A stretch of DNA of 64,000 nucleotides from Dehalococcoidales bacterium (GTDB lineage Bacteria; Chloroflexota; Dehalococcoidia; Dehalococcoidales; RBG-16-60-22), in the NCBI GenBank assembly GCA_050018395.1, contig JBEKAC010000008.1:27414-91413 (forward strand), given 5' to 3'. The position numbers were made by a program, and so were the translations under genes. Within the stretch, counting starts at the first letter, position 1, and the number at the start of each line of letters is the position of its first letter. The notes under the pieces were generated by a model. That model made no database searches. It saw only the letters and a program-made list of their open reading frames with translations, and had not been told where the DNA came from. This document shows, in pieces, positions 9,873 to 18,093 of the stretch.

Positions 9873-10868
9873 ATGGTGAATACACAGACAGTCGCGACTG
9901 ATATCGACAGCGCCCAGCCCGCCGGTGACGAGGTCATCCGCTGCGAGCGGCTGACGAAAAAGTACCCGGAGAACATCCTGGCGGTGGACGGGCTCGATAT
10001 GGTGGTGCATTGCGGGGAGATCTTTGGGCTGCTCGGGCCCAACGGCGCCGGCAAGACGACTACCGTCGGCATGCTGACTTCCCTGGTCGTGCCTACCGCC
10101 GGCAAGGCTCTGGTGGCCGGGATCGACGTTGTGGCTCACCCGGCCCTGGTCAGACAGCTCATCGGCGTCGTCTCGCAGACCAACAACCTGGACCGGGCGC
10201 TGACCGTCTGGGAAAACCTTTATTATCACGGGCGTTTTTTCGGTATGAGCGCCCGGCAGAGCCGCGAAGCGGCAGACCGGCTGCTCGTCGAGTTTCGTCT
10301 CACCGAACGCGCCAAGGCGGATGTGATGACCATCTCCGGCGGCATGGCCAAGCGGCTCCAGGTGGCGCGCGCTTTAATGCACAGCCCCTCCGTCCTTTTC
10401 CTGGATGAGCCCACCGCCGGGCTTGACCCGCAGAGCCGCCTCGCTTTGTGGGAAGTACTCAATAAAGCGCACACGGAAGGACAGACCATCCTGATGACGA
10501 CCCATTATATGCAGGAGGCGGATACCGTCTGCGAACGCATCGCTATCATGGACCACGGGCGCATCCTGGCTTCGGACTCCCCGAAGAACCTCAAGCAATC
10601 GGTCGGGGCGGACAGCATCATGACGATATCGGCCACGGGCAACCTCGAGGCCCTGGCCAAGCTGCTTAAAGAGCGTGTCGAAGGTGTCACCGGGAGCCAG
10701 CAGCTCGACGGCACGATACAGCTCCGGCTCAAAGGCGCCTGGGGCGTTTTACCCAGGGTCGTCTCCGTCGCCGAGCAGGGGGGCTATAATATCACCGATC
10801 TATCCGTCACTGAGCCTACCCTGGAAACCGTCTTCATCGGCCTGACCGGAAAGGAATTGCGTGACTGA
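9873..10868 (+). CDS. ABC transporter ATP-binding protein (DrrA/NodI-like)
   Basis: Walker A GPNGAGKTT, signature ISGGMAKRL, Walker B LFLDEPT. Its ATG lies 1 nt after the cupredoxin stop. Confidence 0.9.
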   Translation: MVNTQTVATDIDSAQPAGDEVIRCERLTKKYPENILAVDGLDMVVHCGEIFGLLGPNGAGKTTTVGMLTSLVVPTAGKALVAGIDVVAHPALVRQLIGVVSQTNNLDRALTVWENLYYHGRFFGMSARQSREAADRLLVEFRLTERAKADVMTISGGMAKRLQVARALMHSPSVLFLDEPTAGLDPQSRLALWEVLNKAHTEGQTILMTTHYMQEADTVCERIAIMDHGRILASDSPKNLKQSVGADSIMTISATGNLEALAKLLKERVEGVTGSQQLDGTIQLRLKGAWGVLPRVVSVAEQGGYNITDLSVTEPTLETVFIGLTGKELRD

Positions 10869-11740
10869 TGAACACTAAAGCCTGCGTGAGAACATTCCCC
10901 GTGCCGGAACCCGGGAAATCGATGGCGGCGGCCAGCAGTACCGCGTTCGGCGCCCTCCTGTTACGGGATTTAGTCGTCTTGAGGAAAAGCCTGGGCATTT
11001 TCATCGCGCGCACGCTGATCCAGCCTTTCCTGCTGGTCTTTGTTTTCCTTTATGTATTTCCGCTGATCGGCGAGGGCGTGGGCGGCGGGTCGGCGGGCGG
11101 CGAATCGCTTTTCGCGACGATACTGGTGGCCGGCGTGGTGGGGCTCTCAATAATGTTCCAGGGCATCCAGGCCGTGGCGCTGCCGCTGGCTACCGAGTTC
11201 GGCTACACCAAGGAAATCGAAGACCGGGTGCTGGCGCCGCTGCCGGTATCGCTGGTAGCGATGGGCAAAGTAGTGGCCGGCGCCATCCAGGGCATCGTCG
11301 CGGCGGTCATCGTTTTCCCGATAGCGTCAATTATTCATGCCCACGGCGTGCACCCCAACCTGGTTGTGGACTGGCCCGTCCTGCTCACCCTCATTCCCCT
11401 TTCTGCTGTCATGACGTCCGGTCTCGGCCTGGTGCTCGGCACCGTCATTCAGCCGCGCAATATCAGCGCGATGTTCGGCTTCATCATCCTACCCATGACC
11501 TTCCTCGGCGGCACCTATTACCCGTGGACGGCGCTGGAGGCAGTCAAGGTGGGCGGTTTTTCCTGGCTGCAGGCCCTGGTCTGCGTCAACCCCCTGATCT
11601 ACGTCACCGAGGGGTTCCGTGCCGCCCTGACCCGGGCGCCGCACATGCCGCTGTACGTCGTTTACCCGGTGCTCACCGGGTTCTGTGTTGTGCTTTTAGG
11701 CGTTGGCTGCCGGGCCTTCCGCCGCCGGGTCATCAGCTAA
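10868..11740 (+). CDS. ABC-2 type transporter permease
   Basis: Multi-pass hydrophobic protein. Its start overlaps the ATPase stop (TGATG). The exact start is uncertain. Confidence 0.7.
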   Translation: MNTKACVRTFPVPEPGKSMAAASSTAFGALLLRDLVVLRKSLGIFIARTLIQPFLLVFVFLYVFPLIGEGVGGGSAGGESLFATILVAGVVGLSIMFQGIQAVALPLATEFGYTKEIEDRVLAPLPVSLVAMGKVVAGAIQGIVAAVIVFPIASIIHAHGVHPNLVVDWPVLLTLIPLSAVMTSGLGLVLGTVIQPRNISAMFGFIILPMTFLGGTYYPWTALEAVKVGGFSWLQALVCVNPLIYVTEGFRAALTRAPHMPLYVVYPVLTGFCVVLLGVGCRAFRRRVIS

Positions 11741-11970
11741 TCCCACCATCCGGTGATAAAAGTCACAGAATTACGCTCCGGCTAAGGCTAAAATGAAAAT
11801 AAGGGTGGAGGGGAGAGAGGGAAAAGGAAGAAGGTGATGTGGCAGTGAGAATGGACTTAAGAGAAAGCGAAGGTTCCTGAGCTCCTCGCGAAAGACAAAA
11901 AGCCCCGGCTGATTTACAACGGGCATTTGGCGATGGAAACCAAAACGGAGGAGTAATGGAACGAAGCCCA

Positions 11971-12010
11971 GGGGCAGGCGCTCCAGCTAAAGAGGCCTGC
12001 TCCTTTTTTA
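11971..12010 (+). terminator. possible intrinsic terminator
   Basis: GGGGCAGGC ... GCCTGCTCC forms an imperfect stem followed by TTTTTT (12004-12009). It lies about 230 nt beyond the permease stop, so the assignment is weak. Confidence 0.3.
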
Positions 12011-12053
12011 TACGCTTTTATTAAAAGAACAGGCGTTAGTTATTGATATCGTT

Positions 12054-12935
12054 TTATATCTGGAAAACAATACGGTCGATAATCATCATGCCGTACAGGG
12101 CGGCAATGTAAAAAATGGAATAGACGTAAAGCCGCCGCGCCGCCCCGGAAGACCCTTTAAAATTCATACGCAGCGCCAGGTAAAGAAAACCGGCACCCAG
12201 GCAGCCCGCCGTCCCCGCATAGATAAAGCCCATCCCCGCCGCCGGTACGAGCAGCAGCGTCGTGATGACCAGCAGCACCGCACAGCCGGTTATCCAGATG
12301 TTCACGCCCTTTTCCGGCAGCATTTTCAGCCCCGCCCGTGCGTAATCCTCCCGGCGGAAGGCGGCCAGCGTCCAGAAATGGGGCAGTGTCCAGAGGGCGA
12401 TGATGGCCGCCAGCAGCAACGGCGTCAGCCCGATGCCCTGTTTTACCGCCACCCAACCAATCAGCGGCGGCATGGCCCCGATACCGCTGCTGATGACGGC
12501 GCTCCAATAGGTACGCCGTTTCAACCAGATGGTATAAGGCAGGACATAATAAACTAGCGCCGCCGCAGCCAGCAAGGCTGCCGTCCGGTTGACCATCGCG
12601 TTAAGGATAAGCACACCGGCCAGGCCCAGCCCCAGCCCGAATGCCAGCGCGTAGCCGGGCCTGACGTGGCCGGAGGGTAAAGGCCGCTGGCAGGTGCGCG
12701 CCATCAACGCGTCGATGTCCCGGTCGAAGTAAGAGTTGAACGTGTTGGCGGCCGCCGCCACGCAGCCTCCGCCCAGCAGCGTGTAAAACAGCGTCAGCGG
12801 CGGCGGCGTGCCCTTAACGGCCAGGAACATCGCCGCGGCGGCGGTGATGAGGTGGGGGAAAATCGCCCGCGGCTTGGCCAGGCTCAGGTAAGCCGTCCAC
12901 GGCCTTTGCGTCAGTTTTAGCGTTATTGTCGCCAA
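12054..12935 (-). CDS. ctaB: protoheme IX farnesyltransferase (heme O synthase)
   Basis: UbiA-family membrane protein with NSYFDRDIDALMARTCQRPLPSG. It is the last gene of the cox operon. Confidence 0.85.
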   Translation of the reverse strand: MATITLKLTQRPWTAYLSLAKPRAIFPHLITAAAAMFLAVKGTPPPLTLFYTLLGGGCVAAAANTFNSYFDRDIDALMARTCQRPLPSGHVRPGYALAFGLGLGLAGVLILNAMVNRTAALLAAAALVYYVLPYTIWLKRRTYWSAVISSGIGAMPPLIGWVAVKQGIGLTPLLLAAIIALWTLPHFWTLAAFRREDYARAGLKMLPEKGVNIWITGCAVLLVITTLLLVPAAGMGFIYAGTAGCLGAGFLYLALRMNFKGSSGAARRLYVYSIFYIAALYGMMIIDRIVFQI

Positions 12936-12953
12936 TTTTTTACCTCGCCATCG

Positions 12954-13520
12954 TTAACGGACGATGAAAATCGTCGTGAAAACCAGCAGCCAGATCAAAT
13001 CGATAAAATGCCAGTAAAGCGACCCTATCTCCACGCCGACCGAGTTGCCGGCGGTAAAGCGGTGCCGCGCCGTGCGCGCCAGAAGCGCCAGCATCAGTAA
13101 TACTCCCCCGAAAACATGCAGCGCGTGCACGCCGGTCAGCAGGAAGAAGATGGAGCCGTAGGCGTTGGTCCAGGGCCGGAAAGACTCGTGCAGCCACTCC
13201 CAGCCGGTTATCCCCAGGAAAGACGCCCCCAGCAGGACCGTAACCAGTAGGCCGATGAACAGCCCCTTTTCCCGTCCCTTTTTTATCATGTAGCCGCCCA
13301 GCCAGACCGCGATGCTGGAAAGCAGCAACAGGCCGGTATTTATGGCCGGCAGCGTTGCCAGCGGGTGCTGCGGCGGCCAGGGGGTATCGTGCCCCCGCAG
13401 GTAATAATAGGTCCAGAACAAAGCCCCGAAGAGAAACGTCTCGGAGATGAGAAAGAGTACGATGCCCATGCGCATCGGGGAGGAAGGCGCTTTTTCCCGG
13501 GCAACCGTCGTATCTTTCAT
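12954..13520 (-). CDS. ctaE: cytochrome c oxidase subunit III
   Basis: Tracked ORF 12954..13706, trimmed to the ATG at 13520 (MKDTT...), which lies 1 nt after the coxI stop. Contains the hydrophobic FLISETFLFGALFW and HALHVFGG motifs. Confidence 0.8.
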   Translation of the reverse strand: MKDTTVAREKAPSSPMRMGIVLFLISETFLFGALFWTYYYLRGHDTPWPPQHPLATLPAINTGLLLLSSIAVWLGGYMIKKGREKGLFIGLLVTVLLGASFLGITGWEWLHESFRPWTNAYGSIFFLLTGVHALHVFGGVLLMLALLARTARHRFTAGNSVGVEIGSLYWHFIDLIWLLVFTTIFIVR

Positions 13521-13521
13521 A

Positions 13522-15561
13522 TCAGGCTTCTCCCTGGTTCTGCGCGCTGTCGGCGTCGTCCGGCTTTCCCAGGCGGGCGTGCGGCGCGCTGGATACGCCG
13601 TGGAGGTGCGGCCTGTCCAGCACCTCCGGGATCTCCTTAAAGTTATCCTCCGGCGGCGGCGAGGACACCATCCATTCCAGCGTCCGCGAGCCCCAGGGGT
13701 TGTCACCGGCGATAACGTTGCGCTTGAAGCTCGACCGTATATTCATTACGAGCACCACCAGCCCGGCAAAGACCAGGAACCCTCCCACGGCCGTGGCGAT
13801 ATGCAACGGCTGGAAATTGGAAGAGAGGTCATACGCGGCGGTGCGCCGCCGCATCCCTTCCAGTCCCAGCCCCAGCATCGGCAGGACCAGCAGGAACGTC
13901 CCCAGCGTCATTAAAAGCCACTGGATTTTACCCAGCCCTTCACGCAGCATCCGGCCGGTCACCTTGGGGAACCAGTAGTAAAAGGCCGCCATGACCGGCA
14001 TTAAAAAACCGCCGAAGAACATGGCGTGAAAATGCCCCACCACCCAGTAGGAATCGTGCAGGTAAAGGTCGACGGGCACGATGCCCAGCGGCACGCCGGT
14101 CAGCCCCCCGATGAGGAACAATATCACCGCGGAAAACACGAAAATCAGCGGGGTTTGCAGCCGCATCTTGCCCATCCAGGTAGTGGCCACCCAGGCAAAG
14201 ACCTTCACGCCGGTCGGCACGGCCACCAGCAGCGTGGTGACCATGAAAGGTATGCGCAGCATCGCCGGCATGCCGGAAGCGAACATATGATGGGCGAAGA
14301 CCACCGTCCCGCCGAAGGCAATCCCCAGGGTGGATATCGCCACGCCTTTGTAGCCGAAAAGCGGTTTGCGCACGAAAACGGGGATAATATCGCTGATCAT
14401 CCCCAGCCCGATAAGCACAAAAACATACACGGCGGGATGGGAATAGAACCAGAAAAGATACTGGTAAAGCAGCGGCTGGCCCCCCATCGCCGTATTGAAA
14501 AACCCGAAGCCGAGGGTCCGCGAAAGCAGCAGCATGATGAACGCCATGCTGATGAACTGCGTAAAGACCAGCGTCAGCCCCACCGTGCCAAATGTCGCCC
14601 AGATGAAAATGGGCATGCGGAAAAAGGTCATGCCGGGGGCGCGCATTTTCATGATGGTGGTGATGATGTTGACCGCCGTCAGGATTGAGGAAATGCCGAT
14701 TAAGAATACCGCGATGAGTATCAGGCTCATGCCCGCCGGCTCGTAGCTGGTGCTTAAAGGCGGGTAAGCCGTCCAGCCGGTATCGAAGCCGCCCGCCATG
14801 AAGCTGAACATCGCCAGCAGCGCGGCCGGCGGCGTCAGCCAATAGGTAAAAGCGTTCAGCCGCGGGAAAGCTACGTCGCGCGCCCCGATCTGGAGCGGGA
14901 CGAAGTAGTTCATCATACCGGAAAATATCGGCAGGACGACCATGAACAGCATGATGATGCCGTGGTCGCTGATGACCGACTCGTAGGCGGTGCTGTTCAG
15001 CAGCCCCAGGTGCGGGTCGGCCATGTGGATGCGCCCGATGAGCTGGAGCACTACCGCGAAAGGCAGCAGGCCCAGCCCGGTTACGAAATACTGGATACCG
15101 ATGACTTTATGATTGGTATCCACGCTGAAATAGCGCTGCCAGCCGCTTTTAGGCGGCTCAACAGTTTCTTTGGGCGCGGCGCCGATAGCCCAGCGCCACC
15201 AGTGGTTGAAAACGCCCAGGGCTATCAGGTAGGCGATGACGCCGGTCATGATGCCGATGGTCAGCACGCCGTCGGCGGACCAGGCCGGCCGCCCTATCAG
15301 GACGCGAACCAGCATTGTTAACCCTACCCCGACGCCCGTACCCGCCAGGCCGGTCAGAGCACCCCGGGCGGCGTCAAGACTCAAAAGCTTCTTCAGGCCC
15401 AGCGCCGCAAGGATATAGGTAAACAGGCCGGCCAGCCCTCCCACGACCAGCACCGGCACCGGTTTCCAGACCGCCATGCCCAGCGCCAGCCGCGCCAGCA
15501 ACACGATGCCCGCCCCGATTACCCCGCCCCCCAGAGCTTTTAATATGTTTACATTACGCAA
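13522..15561 (-). CDS. ctaD: cytochrome c oxidase subunit I (A2-type, YSHP motif) with an N-terminal extension of about 145 aa
   Basis: Motifs FWFYSHPAVYVFVL (CuB His and cross-linked Tyr), FAHHMF, and HFHAMFFGG. The conserved core begins near WQRYFSVDTNHKVIGIQYF at about residue 140. Confidence 0.95.
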   Translation of the reverse strand: MRNVNILKALGGGVIGAGIVLLARLALGMAVWKPVPVLVVGGLAGLFTYILAALGLKKLLSLDAARGALTGLAGTGVGVGLTMLVRVLIGRPAWSADGVLTIGIMTGVIAYLIALGVFNHWWRWAIGAAPKETVEPPKSGWQRYFSVDTNHKVIGIQYFVTGLGLLPFAVVLQLIGRIHMADPHLGLLNSTAYESVISDHGIIMLFMVVLPIFSGMMNYFVPLQIGARDVAFPRLNAFTYWLTPPAALLAMFSFMAGGFDTGWTAYPPLSTSYEPAGMSLILIAVFLIGISSILTAVNIITTIMKMRAPGMTFFRMPIFIWATFGTVGLTLVFTQFISMAFIMLLLSRTLGFGFFNTAMGGQPLLYQYLFWFYSHPAVYVFVLIGLGMISDIIPVFVRKPLFGYKGVAISTLGIAFGGTVVFAHHMFASGMPAMLRIPFMVTTLLVAVPTGVKVFAWVATTWMGKMRLQTPLIFVFSAVILFLIGGLTGVPLGIVPVDLYLHDSYWVVGHFHAMFFGGFLMPVMAAFYYWFPKVTGRMLREGLGKIQWLLMTLGTFLLVLPMLGLGLEGMRRRTAAYDLSSNFQPLHIATAVGGFLVFAGLVVLVMNIRSSFKRNVIAGDNPWGSRTLEWMVSSPPPEDNFKEIPEVLDRPHLHGVSSAPHARLGKPDDADSAQNQGEA

Positions 15562-15588
15562 TACTAAATCCTTTTAAGATTCTTCTTG

Positions 15589-16716
15589 TTATTGCACGAT
15601 AAATTCGCCGGTCATGGTGGTGGGGTGGACGTCACAGCGGAAGAAGTACTTGCCCGGCGTAGTGGGCGCCTGGAACATGTACATCGCGCTGTTAACGCCG
15701 GTAATAATCTTCCCGGTAAATATCGCTTTGGTCGCGGTGCTGTCGGTATAGACCGAGAAATTGTGGGGCACGTTGTTGTCCTTGTTGAAGAAATTAATCA
15801 TCACTCCGGCGCCGGCGGGCACAGTGATGGTGCTTTTATCAAAGGCCAGGTTTTGCGCCGTCAGGTCTATGGTGACCTCCTGGGTGGTCGGCGTCGGCGT
15901 GGCAGTGACGGCGGGTTGATGCTGTTTAACCCAGTCGGCAAACTGGGCGGCAGTGACCACATAGACCGGCGCCGTCATCCCGGTATGGTTGAAGCCGCAG
16001 AGCTGGCTGCACTGTACCAGGAAATTCCCCAACGCCGTCGGTGTAATGCGCAGCATCGGGTTAAGCCCGGGCACCGCGTCCTGCTTCGGTCCCCACTGCT
16101 GCACCCAGAAGGAATGGATAACATCCTCCGACTTGATGTTGAACATTAGCGTCTGGTTGTCCGGCACTTCCAGCGCGTAGGAGGTTATATTGTAATCGGG
16201 ATAATCGAACTGCCAGGCGAATCTGGAGGCCGTCACGTTGATGACCAGCGTGTTCTGCTGGGTAACGTTGCCCCCGGCCGCTGTGCCCGGCACCGTCGCG
16301 CCCAGGGAATAAACGCTCTGCGTACCGCCCGCCATCAAGTCCGGCGGAGAGATTTCGTTGAGTACCCGCGCCCCGTAAAAGCTTAACGTCACCACGATAA
16401 TCAGCGGGATGATCGTCCAAGTTATTTCCAGCGGCGCGTTGCCCCGTATCGGGCGGGCGTCGGTATCGTCGCCTTTGGCGCGGCGGAAGAAAATCAGGGC
16501 GTAGACGAATATCGTCACCACCACCACGAAGACCACACCCGCGATGGCCAGCAGGACCTTGATGAAGTTATCGACGTAGGTCCTTTCCTGGCTGGCGGGG
16601 TGAGGTATGAAATTGAAATGCAGGAAGAAATAGGCAACGGCGCCGGAGACCAACACTATCACCAGGCACATGATGAGCATGTGGTGCCAATCTTCCAGGC
16701 GCCGTCGGGGTTCCAT
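15589..16716 (-). CDS. ctaC: cytochrome c oxidase subunit II fused to a C-terminal type-1 copper cupredoxin domain
   Basis: N-terminal TM helices. CuA centre: DVIHSFWV ... CSQLCGFNHTGM. After a Thr/Pro linker comes a 95-aa module (15592-15876) paralogous to the 9392 protein (NVPHNF ... FFRCDVHPTTM). There is no CxxCH motif. Confidence 0.9.
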   Translation of the reverse strand: MEPRRRLEDWHHMLIMCLVIVLVSGAVAYFFLHFNFIPHPASQERTYVDNFIKVLLAIAGVVFVVVVTIFVYALIFFRRAKGDDTDARPIRGNAPLEITWTIIPLIIVVTLSFYGARVLNEISPPDLMAGGTQSVYSLGATVPGTAAGGNVTQQNTLVINVTASRFAWQFDYPDYNITSYALEVPDNQTLMFNIKSEDVIHSFWVQQWGPKQDAVPGLNPMLRITPTALGNFLVQCSQLCGFNHTGMTAPVYVVTAAQFADWVKQHQPAVTATPTPTTQEVTIDLTAQNLAFDKSTITVPAGAGVMINFFNKDNNVPHNFSVYTDSTATKAIFTGKIITGVNSAMYMFQAPTTPGKYFFRCDVHPTTMTGEFIVQ

Positions 16717-16778
16717 CCCGTTTCCCTCCGAGATGCAAAATTAACAGGGCTGCTTAACCGGATATCGTACGGTTCTTT

Positions 16779-17996
16779 CTATTGTACTACAAAAGTCCCT
16801 ATCATCGAAGTGGGATGCACGTCACACCGGAAGAAATAACTACCGGGCGTGCTCGGCGCGGTAAAAGTATACGTTACGGTATTCGTCCCCCGGATTATCT
16901 GCCCGATGAAGATGGATTTTGAAGCGGTGGAGTCCGTATACAGGGCGAAGTTGTGCGGTATGCCGGTGTCTTTGTTGGTAAAAACCAGCGTCACGCTGGC
17001 GCCGGCCGGCACCGTGATGGTGCTAAGGTCGAAGGCCATGCCTTGCGCCGTCAGGTTTATCGTCACGCTCTGCGGCGCAGCGGTGGGGGTAGGCGTGCCC
17101 GTGGCGGTCGGAGTGGGCGTTGGCGTCGATGTGCCCTGTACCAGGAAGTTGACCTTGGCCACTACCGGCGGGTTGAGGGGTGTCGAATCGTTATTGACGA
17201 GCTCGATAGCGATGAAGTGCGAGCCCACGCCCACGCCACCGAAGGTGTAGCTGGTCGTGGTGGCATGCGCGAAGATGCCGTGGTCCGGCTCGGCCGGGAC
17301 GCCCTGGGTGGTGGGCGCGTCAACATCCAGGTAATAATGAATATGCCCCTCGCCCGGGACATTGGCCTGGTCAATCTTGTCCACCAGGTTGAAATTGGAT
17401 ATCTGGACCGTCGCGGTGATATCTCCGGGCGGCAGGACGGAGCCTTCTTTAGGCGAGGTAATGACCGCGGTAGCCGGGCCGATTTCCGGCAGCACCGTGT
17501 CCGTCACCGAGGTCACGACCGCCGGGCTTAAAGGCGCGTGGTCGTTGTTCACCAGCTCCACGTAGAACGTGTGCGGCCCACCGCCCACGTTGTGCCAGGT
17601 GTAAGATGTGGCGATGGTGGCGGCATAGGTCCCGGGTGCGGTGACCGCGGCCTTGGTCGGGTCGGTCGGCGGCTGTACGTCGAGGAAGTAGTGGATATGT
17701 CCCTCGCCGGCGACTTTCGCCTGGCCCATTTTATCCACGATGGAGAAATTGCTCACCTGGACGGTGACCGTGACATCACCGATTTGGGGTATCACCCCGC
17801 CCGTCGGCGAGGTTATCGTGATGCCGGGAGCCGGCGCAGAGGTCGTCGGCGGCGGCGTGGTCGTCGGCGGAGTGGTCGATGGCGGTGTGGTCGTCGGCGG
17901 CAGCGTAATAGGACTGCTGCTGGAACAGGCCGTCAGCGCCAGGGCGATGCAGAGCAGTATCGCGGGGAGCAGTAAAAACAATTTTTTCATCCTCAT
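16779..17996 (-). CDS. lipoprotein with two GEGHIHY-repeat (DUF4399-like) modules and a C-terminal cupredoxin
   Basis: Tracked ORF trimmed to MRMKKLF... (lipobox LTAC). Thr/Pro linker, two modules of about 100 aa each carrying GEGHIHYFLDV / GEGHIHYYLDV, then a cupredoxin (16782-17066; IPHNF ... FFRCDVHPTSM). Confidence 0.75.
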   Translation of the reverse strand: MRMKKLFLLLPAILLCIALALTACSSSSPITLPPTTTPPSTTPPTTTPPPTTSAPAPGITITSPTGGVIPQIGDVTVTVQVSNFSIVDKMGQAKVAGEGHIHYFLDVQPPTDPTKAAVTAPGTYAATIATSYTWHNVGGGPHTFYVELVNNDHAPLSPAVVTSVTDTVLPEIGPATAVITSPKEGSVLPPGDITATVQISNFNLVDKIDQANVPGEGHIHYYLDVDAPTTQGVPAEPDHGIFAHATTTSYTFGGVGVGSHFIAIELVNNDSTPLNPPVVAKVNFLVQGTSTPTPTPTATGTPTPTAAPQSVTINLTAQGMAFDLSTITVPAGASVTLVFTNKDTGIPHNFALYTDSTASKSIFIGQIIRGTNTVTYTFTAPSTPGSYFFRCDVHPTSMIGTFVVQ

Positions 17997-18093
17997 TTTC
18001 TTCCTCTCAAACCGGGGCAGGTGCGGGTGGGACCCTGAAAAACCCCCCGTCCGCACCTGCCCGTGCTTTACCCGTGTTTGGAACCGTTTAGCT

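Noticed and set aside
13521-13706. 62-codon N-terminal extension of the coxIII ORF
   Set aside because: It overlaps the 3' end of coxI in another frame and is Arg-rich. The ATG at 13520 sits 1 nt after the coxI stop and begins the hydrophobic conserved part.
13940-14842. 300-aa minus-strand ORF and several plus-strand ORFs inside coxI (14026..14688, 14962..15321)
   Set aside because: These are alternative frames of a gene whose main frame carries all the heme-copper oxidase signatures. They are His/Arg/Gly-rich noise.
16740-16780. AACCGGATATCGTACGGTT hairpin between the lipoprotein gene and coxII, considered as a ribozyme or intron domain
   Set aside because: It is just a 5-bp stem in a 62-nt intergenic gap. 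Nothing else supports a structured RNA.
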